A stretch of 64,000 bases of DNA from Sphingomonadales bacterium (GTDB lineage Bacteria; Pseudomonadota; Alphaproteobacteria; Sphingomonadales; Sphingomonadaceae), in assembly GCA_016707885.1 (NCBI GenBank), contig JADJGU010000006.1:43417-107416 (forward strand). Direction: 5' to 3'. Both the position numbers and the translations under genes were made by a program. Below are positions 32,527-40,909 of this stretch, piece by piece (the first letter of the stretch is position 1; each line of letters opens with the position of its first letter). The notes below the pieces were generated by a model. It worked only from the letters and a program-made list of their open reading frames with translations, was not told where the DNA came from and made no database searches.

Positions 32527-32577
32527 CTAAGGGCGCGTAAGTCGTAGAAGCAGGGAAAGATTGAGCGCTGCGTTCAT
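32527..32577 (-). CDS. putative Leu-rich leader peptide MNAALNLSLLLRLTRP
   Basis: My own translation of the minus strand gives atg aac gca gcg ctc aat ctt tcc ctg ctt cta cga ctt acg cgc cct tag. That is 6 Leu in 16 codons, including an LLL run, directly upstream of the hairpins and leuA. Confidence 0.5.
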   Translation of the reverse strand: MNAALNLSLLLRLTRP

Positions 32578-32635
32578 AATGAAGCGCCTTTTTCACACAT
32601 TGTTTCCGACGTCCAGCAAAAAAGCGCCGAAAATT

Positions 32636-33088
32636 TCAACTTGGCTGGGTAAACCGAAACAGAAAGTCAGCGTCGCTATCAAGGCGACGCATGTCAACCG
32701 TTGGTTGAAATGGGTGTCGACGGTCAAATGCATCGACTTCCGGACAATTGCGCAATCCCTTACGCAAAGCTCTCAGAAACTGCATCAATTGCAGCCTGGA
32801 CTCACATTCATCCAAAACGGATATCGCCGCCAACCGCTCCGCCACCATCTGATTATAGGCGGGGTGTGGTCCACGATGCAAAGGAAGGCCAAATGCGGCA
32901 GCCATACGTTCGCGACAAGGCAAGGGCATGCCATTCACTCCAAAATCATCGGGATCAAACCCATAGGCTTTTGATTTTTCGAAGAAAGGCCGAAGCGCGC
33001 CCATGTTACAGACTTTGACTGGAATCAGATGATGGCACTGAAAACCGTTAATCTGGCATCTTGCGCGAACGTCCCTGAATGTCGGCAT
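32636..33088 (-). CDS. stand-alone AHH-type (HNH/EndoVII superfamily) nuclease-domain protein, 150 aa
   Basis: C18-HH-LIP23, N52-GMPLP57 and L70-HRGPHPAYN79 reproduce the [AG]HH[IL]IP ... N-G-x-x-LP ... H-x-G-x-H-x-x-Y layout of AHH toxin nuclease domains. AAGGA lies 7 nt upstream of the ATG. The region is low in GC. Confidence 0.6.
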   Translation of the reverse strand: MPTFRDVRARCQINGFQCHHLIPVKVCNMGALRPFFEKSKAYGFDPDDFGVNGMPLPCRERMAAAFGLPLHRGPHPAYNQMVAERLAAISVLDECESRLQLMQFLRALRKGLRNCPEVDAFDRRHPFQPTVDMRRLDSDADFLFRFTQPS

Positions 33089-33137
33089 GATCTATCCTTC
33101 GACATAGAAGATCAACCTGTGCGTAGTTTGGACTTCG

Positions 33138-33902
33138 TCAGCTTCCAGCCCGAACAATCTCCATTTCGGAGCCTATTCGAGCATGAACCACCCGCGATTC
33201 ATCTGTCAGGGTAAGCACGACCAGTTGTTTTCCGTCCAAATCTGATACCGTTTGGTCGGCGGTCAGTGGGCCATTGGTGGCAATGTCATGAACAAGGCGA
33301 ACAATGCGGCGCAACCAGTCTTGCTCACTCCCCTTGTCGACTTCGCATAGTACTTCCTGACCGGAGAACCATGCCAGTCCCTTTGTTCGAAGCTTGTCTT
33401 TTTCCGGCGACCAGATCAGTTGGGTTGTCGCCAAAACGGGAAATGCCCCACCCTCCGCATAATCGCCGACGGTTTCCGCGAAATATGCAGGATCAACCAG
33501 CAAATTGCCGGGCGTCCAAAACACCCTGTCAGGACCCAAATGCTTGACCAAAAGAGCTGCAAACTTAAGAAATGCTTGCGCAATTTCTGGAAGGTGGTTG
33601 CCACCTGTCACATGGTCAGCAAAGTTCAGGGAAAGGACGTCGCCACTCGCTGTGAGTATAGACGAACATAGAATTGGCTGAGCATCGACGACGTGCTCAG
33701 GGATCTCTGCTTGGCACAAAGCGAACTGCAAGCCATTCCAAACCAGACTATGATCGGATCGGGAAACCGACGGCAACGCACGTGATACTGCGCCATCAGA
33801 ATCAAGCAAGAACTCGTCAATGCCGGCAATCACTTTGGCGGCATTGCAGCTGAATATTAGATATAGCGGGCTTTGCCGTTCCACTATCTGCCCAATCGCC
33901 AC
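33138..33902 (-). CDS. hypothetical protein (254 aa), partner gene of the AHH nuclease
   Basis: Uninterrupted 254-codon frame in roughly 50% GC DNA. GTG start (alternative GTG at 33884) and no ATG near the 5' end. No signal peptide or TM segment. It sits 49 nt upstream of the nuclease gene on the same strand. Confidence 0.5.
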   Translation of the reverse strand: MAIGQIVERQSPLYLIFSCNAAKVIAGIDEFLLDSDGAVSRALPSVSRSDHSLVWNGLQFALCQAEIPEHVVDAQPILCSSILTASGDVLSLNFADHVTGGNHLPEIAQAFLKFAALLVKHLGPDRVFWTPGNLLVDPAYFAETVGDYAEGGAFPVLATTQLIWSPEKDKLRTKGLAWFSGQEVLCEVDKGSEQDWLRRIVRLVHDIATNGPLTADQTVSDLDGKQLVVLTLTDESRVVHARIGSEMEIVRAGS

Positions 33903-33978
33903 AGTTCTTTATTTGTTCTTATTGGCAAACAACCATGGATGCAACCTTGACCGCTTTGTGAAATTGCTCCGAAATGGA

Positions 33979-35907
33979 CTAAATTTCGACCTGACTGCCT
34001 AATTCGACAACACGATTTGATGGGAGCTTGAAAAATTCCATCGCGTTAGCGGCATTACGGAGCATCCAAGCAAAAACCTTTTCACGCCAGATCGCCATCC
34101 CGGGAACTTTTGACGCAATCAACGTTTGTCTCGACAGGAAGAAGCTTGTTTGCATCATGTCGAAGGGCGGGCCGCACAAGTCGACCTTTGCGAGCGCGGC
34201 GGGAACATCGGTTTCTTCCAAAAAGCCGTAACGCAGGATGACCCGATAGAATCCCTCGCTCAGCGGTTTGCAGGTCACCCGCTTGCTTTCTTCGACATAG
34301 GGCATTTCGGCGATATCGACAGTCAGAATGATAACCCGTTCGTGCAAAATACGATTATGCTTGATGTTATGGAGCAGTGCCGAGGGGACGCCCGCGCTGG
34401 TCGATGCCATGAAGATCGCGGTACCCGGAACGCGCTGGGCGCTGCCGCTGGCCGACTTGATGAAAATTTCCATCGGCATCGTGCTTTCAGCCATGCGTTC
34501 ACGCATCAACGCACGACCGCGCGACCAGGTTGTAAGCAAGGTGAAGATGACCAGACCAATGATCAGCGGGAAATATCCGCCCTGTGGTACTTTGAGCAGA
34601 TTGGCGCCCAGATAGGCAATGTCGACGATGAAGAACACCGCGAGGATCGGCAGCGCCTTCCACTTCGGCCATTGCCACAAGGTCAGCAGCACAACCGAGA
34701 TCAGACAGGTGTCGATGAACATCGCACCCGTCACCGCAATACCATAGGCCGCAGCAAGGTTACTCGACGAACGGAAGAAGAGCACGAGTACGATCACCAT
34801 GATCATCAAACCCCAGTTGATTGCCGGGATGTAGATCTGGCCTGCCTCGCTCTCGCTGGTGTGCAGGATGCGCAAGCGCGGCATGAAGCCTAGCTGTATA
34901 GCTTGTTGGGTCAGCGAGAAGGCACCCGAAATCACCGCCTGACTGGCGATAATCGTCGCAAGGATAACGAGGAACACGATCGGCAGCCGCAGCGCATCAG
35001 GTAGCATCAGGAAAAACGGATCCTTGATTGCAGCCTGCGCCTCTGCAGGGGTCATCGACAGGATCATAGCCCCCTGCCCCATATAGTTGAGCATCAAGGC
35101 GGGGAGGACAAACCAAAGCCAAGAGAATTTGATCGGACGTCGCCCGAAGTGTCCCATATCGGCATAGAGCGCCTCTGCACCCGTCACAGCAAGAACGACC
35201 GCACCCAGCGACACAAAGGCCCTGAACCCGTCAACGTAAAAGAAGTTTATCGCGTTCCACGGATTTAGCGTGTGTAGGACGATTTCGGGCATCTTCACCA
35301 GATACATCAGGCCAAGCACGGACAGGGTCAGAAAATACAAGACCATGATTGGACCGAAAAGCGCGCCAACCTTGGCCGTACCGCGAGCCTGTATCGCAAA
35401 CAGCCCTACAAGAATGGCGAGAGCAATCGGCAAAACCCAGCTCTTGAAGCCGGGGTGCACATAGTTGAGCCCTTCAGTTGCCGACAGCACCGACATGGCC
35501 GGTGTAATCATGGAATCGCCATAGAACAGTGCAGTCGCGAAGACGCCAAGCATGATGATCGGCGCGGTCCACTTCTCCCCCTGAGTCTTGCGGCTGATCA
35601 GCGCGAGCAAAGCAAGGCTTCCGCCTTCTCCCTTGTTGTCCGCCTTCATGATGGTGAACACATATTTGAAAGTCACCACCAGCATCATCGACCAGAAAAC
35701 GAGGCTCAGCACGCCCATGACATGCATCGGATCGGGTTCGATCGGATGATGTCCGGCAAAAGTTTCGCGAAATGCGTAAATCGGGCTGGTACCGATATCG
35801 CCAAACACGACACCCACAGCACCCACGCACATCGTTGCAAGCGACGCCTTGCGATGGCCATGTTCTGGCTGAATTTCATCTACACTGGTTTGCTGTGATT
35901 CTGACAT
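33979..35907 (-). CDS. kup: KUP/HAK/KT potassium uptake transporter
   Basis: [14 protein letters not shown] motif, about 12 TM helices, and the cytoplasmic C-terminal domain typical of Kup. Confidence 0.95.
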   Translation of the reverse strand: MSESQQTSVDEIQPEHGHRKASLATMCVGAVGVVFGDIGTSPIYAFRETFAGHHPIEPDPMHVMGVLSLVFWSMMLVVTFKYVFTIMKADNKGEGGSLALLALISRKTQGEKWTAPIIMLGVFATALFYGDSMITPAMSVLSATEGLNYVHPGFKSWVLPIALAILVGLFAIQARGTAKVGALFGPIMVLYFLTLSVLGLMYLVKMPEIVLHTLNPWNAINFFYVDGFRAFVSLGAVVLAVTGAEALYADMGHFGRRPIKFSWLWFVLPALMLNYMGQGAMILSMTPAEAQAAIKDPFFLMLPDALRLPIVFLVILATIIASQAVISGAFSLTQQAIQLGFMPRLRILHTSESEAGQIYIPAINWGLMIMVIVLVLFFRSSSNLAAAYGIAVTGAMFIDTCLISVVLLTLWQWPKWKALPILAVFFIVDIAYLGANLLKVPQGGYFPLIIGLVIFTLLTTWSRGRALMRERMAESTMPMEIFIKSASGSAQRVPGTAIFMASTSAGVPSALLHNIKHNRILHERVIILTVDIAEMPYVEESKRVTCKPLSEGFYRVILRYGFLEETDVPAALAKVDLCGPPFDMMQTSFFLSRQTLIASKVPGMAIWREKVFAWMLRNAANAMEFFKLPSNRVVELGSQVEI

Positions 35908-36043
35908 GCGCCCCCCGAAGGCGTGATACTGTCTGCCCGCTCCGAACCTATCCTGGATTGGCGGGGGCGCGTGCCGATAGCATGACGACTAGCAGCTTAC
36001 AACGATTGAGACAGGTAAAATCTTCAAATCTATATAATTGATT

Positions 36044-36700
36044 TTATTTAATATTATCCGCCTTCTGGGCAGCAACAGCCTGACCCAGCATCGACTCGAG
36101 GCCCTTTACTTGCGACTCAAGCGGAGCCCGCCATTTCGCATTAGGTGTCGCGCGATCCAGCAGCGCCCGCCATTTGACCAAAGTCTCCACCGGCTTACGG
36201 TCAAAAAGAGCGGCCAGCCCCTCGAAATAGTCAGCGGCCGGTTGCTGCGGCGCCAGTGCTTTTGCCTTGCCAAATGCAAGTTTGGCCGGCGGCGTCAGGT
36301 CACCGTCTGCGGCCAGCATCAGCACCAAGCCAAGTGCCGACCATAGATCGGCATTGTCTGGATGCTCCCTGATTCCCGCCTGAATATATCCGGCAGCCGC
36401 CTGATAGTTGCCGTCGCGCGCAAAACCATCCGCTGTAACGAGCCACATTTTGGCAACGCCATAATTCTGGTCCATGTCGGACCGCATCTGGATCAGGGCT
36501 TCGGCAGCCCCTTTTTCCCCATCTACAGTTTTTGCAGGCACCGCCATATAGCCGGGCATGCCCTGCCAACTATATCCAGCCAGCGCCAAGACGATAGCCG
36601 CAAGCACTGGTTGCCAAAGCCGTTTACGCGCAGGAGTGAAGGCGAGAATTCCTCCAACGCTCAATGCCGCAAGTAACGCCATGATTGCCCAGCCAGTCAT
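36044..36700 (-). CDS. ccmI: CcmI-like TPR protein (c-type cytochrome biogenesis)
   Basis: Two N-terminal TM helices plus TPR-like repeats. ATGA overlap with the ccmH stop. It is the last gene of the ccm cluster. Confidence 0.6.
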   Translation of the reverse strand: MTGWAIMALLAALSVGGILAFTPARKRLWQPVLAAIVLALAGYSWQGMPGYMAVPAKTVDGEKGAAEALIQMRSDMDQNYGVAKMWLVTADGFARDGNYQAAAGYIQAGIREHPDNADLWSALGLVLMLAADGDLTPPAKLAFGKAKALAPQQPAADYFEGLAALFDRKPVETLVKWRALLDRATPNAKWRAPLESQVKGLESMLGQAVAAQKADNIK

Positions 36701-37104
36701 GACTTCGATCCTCCAAATCGCTTGCGCGCCAAAAGCATTGCCAACCCCAATAAAAGGAGCGGCATAGCCCACAACAGCAGACCGATGCCTTTCACAGGCG
36801 GTGAGAAGCTGATCCAGTCGCCATAGCGACCTTTCAACCATTGTTCGATTTCGGCATCGCTTTGTCCGGCGCCTACCCGCTCACGCACTTCGTGCCGCAT
36901 GGCCGCTGCAATAGGTGCGTCGCTGTCGTGAATAGACTGACCCTGACATTGGATGCAGCGCAAATTTTCCATGAGCGCGACCGCTCTTTCTTCCTGCGCC
37001 GGGTCTTTCAATTGAACATTCGCCAAAGGTGGCGGCGGGCCTTCCTGTGCTGCCAGCGGAGCATATGCAACCAACAATCCGACCAGAAAAGCTCTACCGA
37101 TCAT
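36697..37104 (-). CDS. ccmH: cytochrome c-type biogenesis protein CcmH
   Basis: LRCIQCQGQSIHDSDAP (the LRCxxCQ motif) and a C-terminal TM helix. Confidence 0.85.
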   Translation of the reverse strand: MIGRAFLVGLLVAYAPLAAQEGPPPPLANVQLKDPAQEERAVALMENLRCIQCQGQSIHDSDAPIAAAMRHEVRERVGAGQSDAEIEQWLKGRYGDWISFSPPVKGIGLLLWAMPLLLLGLAMLLARKRFGGSKS

Positions 37105-37631
37105 TTGGCCGCTTTCAGCTTTTCGACCAGCGGAGCGACATGTTCGCCACGGATATCGCCAATATGCTGATGGATAATGTTACCCTTGCCATCAATCAGA
37201 TAGGTTTCCGGCACCCCCGACGAGCCAAGTTTAAGCTGGACGAGCATGTCAGCATCAGCACCGATACGCACGAACGGGTTGCCATGTTCCGCCAGAAAAG
37301 CGGCAACATCTTCAGGCTTGTCCCGAATGGCGATTGCGTGAATTTCGACACCCCGTTCTTTGATCTGCTCCAGAAACGGGGCTTCCGCTTTGCACGGTAA
37401 ACACCAACTGGCAAAAACGTTCAGCATACGGGGTTTACCGTCGGCAAAATCAGCGCTCGAGAGCCCCGGTATGCCCTCAACAGCAGCTGGCAATTCAAAC
37501 GAAGGAAGTGGCTTACCGATTAATCCTGAACGGACATAATCGTCCTTGGGTTGCATCAGACCATAAAGGAACAGCCCGCCAATAAAGGCAAATGCGGCGA
37601 GTGGGATCCATATCAACCAGTTGCGTTTCAT
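37101..37631 (-). CDS. ccmG: thiol:disulfide interchange protein DsbE/CcmG
   Basis: N-terminal TM anchor and the thioredoxin motif FASWCLPCKAEAP. ATGA overlaps at both ends. Confidence 0.9.
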   Translation of the reverse strand: MKRNWLIWIPLAAFAFIGGLFLYGLMQPKDDYVRSGLIGKPLPSFELPAAVEGIPGLSSADFADGKPRMLNVFASWCLPCKAEAPFLEQIKERGVEIHAIAIRDKPEDVAAFLAEHGNPFVRIGADADMLVQLKLGSSGVPETYLIDGKGNIIHQHIGDIRGEHVAPLVEKLKAAK

Positions 37632-39556
37632 GCCGGGACCCATGGGTTCTCATTCTGTTTTCGGGCAGGCAACTTGATACGACCCAACAGCGCGATAAGG
37701 CCACCCAAAGCAATCAGCCCACCGCCAAACCAGATCAAGGTAACAAAGGGCTTCCACCAAAGTCGAACCTGCCAGCGGCTAAGATCGGTTTCGGATATAG
37801 GTGCGACCACGGCATAGAGCTGCCCATCCCAACGGGTGAGCAAGGCTGCTTCGCTGGTCTGCTGCTCAGGGTTAGAGAATTGCCGTGTTTGTGGCTTGAG
37901 CTGTGCAACAAAACCCCCGCGCTTCGCCGATAAACGGCCTTCAATCGCCACCCAATTGTCACCGACAACGGGGGCTACATCCTCAAGCTTTACCGACCAG
38001 CTTGCGACAGAAACCGTTTCGCCGGGACGAAGGGCGTAGAGCTTTTCCGTGGTCCAGCCAGATTCGGCTGCCATCCCGGCAACAGAGACTGCCAAACCAA
38101 AATGCGCGATGACCATACCCCAAATAGGCAGCGGCGTGCGCAGCAAATTGCGCCCGAACAGTGGCAAAAAGGATGCAACACCTAAACCCGCAGACAACAT
38201 CAATGCGACGATCGGCCAAAAGCCAGCCTGAGGCGAAGTTAGGGCAAGAAATATAACCGCCACAACAGCCGCTATTGCTGGTGCAAACAATCGCTTCAAT
38301 CTCGCTTTATCATCGCTACGCCAACGAAGTAGCGGCCCAACCATCAGCGCCAGCATCAACAGCAACCCTATCGGCACGGTCGCTTTGTTGAAATAGGGCG
38401 GACCCACCGAAATTTTGTCACCCATCGATTCGGCAACCAAAGGCGCCATCGTTCCCATCAAAACGATGGCGAGAATAACGCTCAGGAAGATGTTATTGAC
38501 GACAATCCCACCTTCACGGCTAAGAATGGAGAATTGCTTACCCTCTTTCACGCTGCCGATCCGCAACGCGAACAAGGTCAGCGCGCTACCGACATAAAGC
38601 AGCAACAATGTCAGGATGAATGCACCCCTTTCGGGGTCAACGGCGAAGGCATGGACGCTGGTCAATATGCCTGAGCGGACTAGAAAAGTCCCCGCCATCG
38701 ACATAGCAAAGGCGACGAGCGCCAACATGATTGTCCAGGCACGCAGCGCGTCACGATTGGCAAGTACAGCAACCGAATGGAGCAAAGCGGTGGCTGCGAG
38801 CCAAGGCATCAACGACGCGTTTTCAACCGGATCCCAGAACCACCAGCCACCCCAGCCCAGCTCATAATAAGCCCAATAGCTGCCTGCCGTGATCCCAAGC
38901 GTGAGGAATATCCAAGCCAACAACACCCAAGGCCGCATCGCGCGCGCGAATGCTGGACCTACCTTGCCTGTCAACAGCGCCGCAACGGCGAAGGAAAAGG
39001 CGACCGACAGGCCGACATAGCCGATGTATAAAGTCGGTGGATGCAATGCCAGGCCGATGTCTTGCAACAGCGGATTTAGCCCTGCACCACTTGGCGGAGC
39101 CGGGCTTAACCGCTCAAAGGGATTTGACGAAAACAGGAGAAAAGCAAAAAAACCAAGGGCGAGGAGCGATTGCGCAAACAGCGTCGCTCCTAGTGTCTGC
39201 GCGTCCAAGCGTCGCTCGAACAGTGCGATAGCCGCACCCGCAAGCGTCAAGATCGTGACCCAGAGCAACATTGAACCTTCATGGTTGCCCCATGCCCCTG
39301 CGATCTTGAATATCATGGGTTTGTCGATGTGGCTGTTCGATGCAACCAGCAAAACCGACAAATCTGTAACGGCAAACATCCAGAGCAGGCATCCAAACGC
39401 AATCAGGCATAGTAAGCCTTGCGCAACGGCGACCGGTCGCGTCAGCGAAGCGAGCGCAGGCGATGCTGACTTCCAACTACCCAAACCGGCAAATGCCTGC
39501 AGCAAGGCCAAAGCTGCTGCCAACCACAGGGCGGCAAGACCGGTTTCAGCAATCAT
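37628..39556 (-). CDS. ccmF: heme lyase CcmF
   Basis: 642-aa polytopic protein with the WGGWWFWDPVENASLMPWL tryptophan-rich (WWD) motif. Confidence 0.95.
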   Translation of the reverse strand: MIAETGLAALWLAAALALLQAFAGLGSWKSASPALASLTRPVAVAQGLLCLIAFGCLLWMFAVTDLSVLLVASNSHIDKPMIFKIAGAWGNHEGSMLLWVTILTLAGAAIALFERRLDAQTLGATLFAQSLLALGFFAFLLFSSNPFERLSPAPPSGAGLNPLLQDIGLALHPPTLYIGYVGLSVAFSFAVAALLTGKVGPAFARAMRPWVLLAWIFLTLGITAGSYWAYYELGWGGWWFWDPVENASLMPWLAATALLHSVAVLANRDALRAWTIMLALVAFAMSMAGTFLVRSGILTSVHAFAVDPERGAFILTLLLLYVGSALTLFALRIGSVKEGKQFSILSREGGIVVNNIFLSVILAIVLMGTMAPLVAESMGDKISVGPPYFNKATVPIGLLLMLALMVGPLLRWRSDDKARLKRLFAPAIAAVVAVIFLALTSPQAGFWPIVALMLSAGLGVASFLPLFGRNLLRTPLPIWGMVIAHFGLAVSVAGMAAESGWTTEKLYALRPGETVSVASWSVKLEDVAPVVGDNWVAIEGRLSAKRGGFVAQLKPQTRQFSNPEQQTSEAALLTRWDGQLYAVVAPISETDLSRWQVRLWWKPFVTLIWFGGGLIALGGLIALLGRIKLPARKQNENPWVPA

Positions 39557-40002
39557 TTGGCGAGCGTATCCTGACTATGTTCTGCCGTCGTCATGTCGAT
39601 GTCTTTGAGTTCGCGCGGCACATAATTTTCATCATGCTTGGCGAGCAGGCCGTCCGCGACAAACAGGCCATTCTTATCCAGACGTCCGTCGGCAACGACG
39701 CCTGAACCTTCGACAAACAGGTCGGGCGTAATTCCCCTATATACCACCTGTTGGGTCGCATCGCGATCTTGCACGATAAAGCGCACCGTTACGCCATCGG
39801 CATCGCGCTTGATCGATCCATTCTGCACCATGCCACCTAGGCGGATGGCCTTCCCCGGTTCCACTTCAGCTTTGGCGAGCGTCGCCGGTGTATAGAAATA
39901 GCTCGCCTCTTCGCGCAACGCGGACGCCGCAAGCAAGCCCGCCCCGATCAGAGCCAGTAACGCAACCACAGCGAGCACAAGTCTTTGGTGCTTGGGCTTC
40001 AC
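39553..40002 (-). CDS. ccmE: cytochrome c maturation heme chaperone CcmE
   Basis: N-terminal TM anchor and LAKHDENYVP, which contains the heme-binding His. GTG start. Confidence 0.9.
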   Translation of the reverse strand: MKPKHQRLVLAVVALLALIGAGLLAASALREEASYFYTPATLAKAEVEPGKAIRLGGMVQNGSIKRDADGVTVRFIVQDRDATQQVVYRGITPDLFVEGSGVVADGRLDKNGLFVADGLLAKHDENYVPRELKDIDMTTAEHSQDTLAK

Positions 40003-40130
40003 TTTCGGCTCCTCAGATCATCAGCCAAAGATTCCGAGCGGCGCATGGCGGCCCAGCTGGACACCGTTAGCCAGAGGCAACCCACCGCCGTGACAGCAAA
40101 AGCGGCAGTCACAAATGTCGCATGCGTCAT
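39999..40130 (-). CDS. ccmD: heme exporter protein CcmD (43 aa, absent from the ORF track)
   Basis: My own translation gives MTHATFVTAAFAVTAVGCLWLTVSSWAAMRRSESLADDLRSRK: one TM helix plus a basic tail. It fills the gap between ccmC and ccmE, and its TGA overlaps the ccmE GTG. Confidence 0.6.
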   Translation of the reverse strand: MTHATFVTAAFAVTAVGCLWLTVSSWAAMRRSESLADDLRSRK

Positions 40131-40134
40131 TGTA

Positions 40135-40851
40135 TCAATCCTCCGCCAATCGGCGCATCCGCGCCTCGATACGGATTTCGGCCAAGGCAGCTCGCATCCG
40201 CATCAGTACGATGGCACCGAACAGCAATGAAAAGCCGATCGCGCTTCCGAATAGTGGCCACAAATAACTGTCATCAATCGACGAACCACCCAGCGTAATA
40301 CTGGCTTTCTGGTGCTGGCTTTCCCACCAAACGACCGAGCGGTTTATAATCGGAATGTTCACGGCTCCGATAATGCCAAATACCGCCGCCGTTCGGCTAA
40401 GGCTGCCCTTCTCGCTCGATGCATTCGCAAGCGCGATGAAGCCCAGATACAGGAAAAACAGAATTAGCATCGACGTCAGTCGGCCATCCCACACCCACCA
40501 GGCACCCCAAGTCGGCTTGCCCCAAATAGAACCTGTAACCAAGCAGAGCGCAGCAAAAACAGCACCCGGAGCGGCGACAGCCCGCGCCGACACACCTGCC
40601 AGCGGATGTCGCCAGACCAGTTGTACGATGCTTGCAACGGCAATCCCAGTCCAGCCAGCCATGCCGAGCCAAGCTGCGGGTACGTGTACAAACATGATCT
40701 TGACGGTATCGCCCTGCAATCGCTCTGCAGGAACCTGGGTCAAACCCCACCAACAGGAAAATACAACCAATATTGCCCCCGACCATAGAAGGAAGGGAGT
40801 CAACGGTTTGGCTATACCGAGAAATCGCGCAGGGTTGGCAAAGCGGTGCAT
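40135..40851 (-). CDS. ccmC: heme exporter protein CcmC
   Basis: WGKPTWGAWWVWDGRLTS (WWD motif) and six TM helices. Start placed at the ATG at 40851. Confidence 0.9.
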   Translation of the reverse strand: MHRFANPARFLGIAKPLTPFLLWSGAILVVFSCWWGLTQVPAERLQGDTVKIMFVHVPAAWLGMAGWTGIAVASIVQLVWRHPLAGVSARAVAAPGAVFAALCLVTGSIWGKPTWGAWWVWDGRLTSMLILFFLYLGFIALANASSEKGSLSRTAAVFGIIGAVNIPIINRSVVWWESQHQKASITLGGSSIDDSYLWPLFGSAIGFSLLFGAIVLMRMRAALAEIRIEARMRRLAED

Positions 40852-40909
40852 GTATGTGACTCGGGTCGAGCCTCTAGCACCGCTTGGATTTTTGGCCAAT
40901 TGATTTGGG

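Noticed and set aside
32561-32974. 137-aa plus-strand ORF across the leuA leader and the AHH gene
   Set aside because: It overlaps, on the opposite strand, both the nuclease-motif ORF and the leader peptide. It has no motifs, and its start sits inside the attenuator region.
32631-33997. Possible att-like direct repeats flanking the low-GC cassette (AAATTTCaACtTGgCTG at 32631..32647 and AAATTTCgACcTGaCTG at 33981..33997)
   Set aside because: Only 14 of 17 positions match. Both copies lie over the 3' ends of coding sequences (the AHH gene and kup), and no integrase or tRNA target is present. I treat it as coincidence unless a genome comparison shows otherwise.
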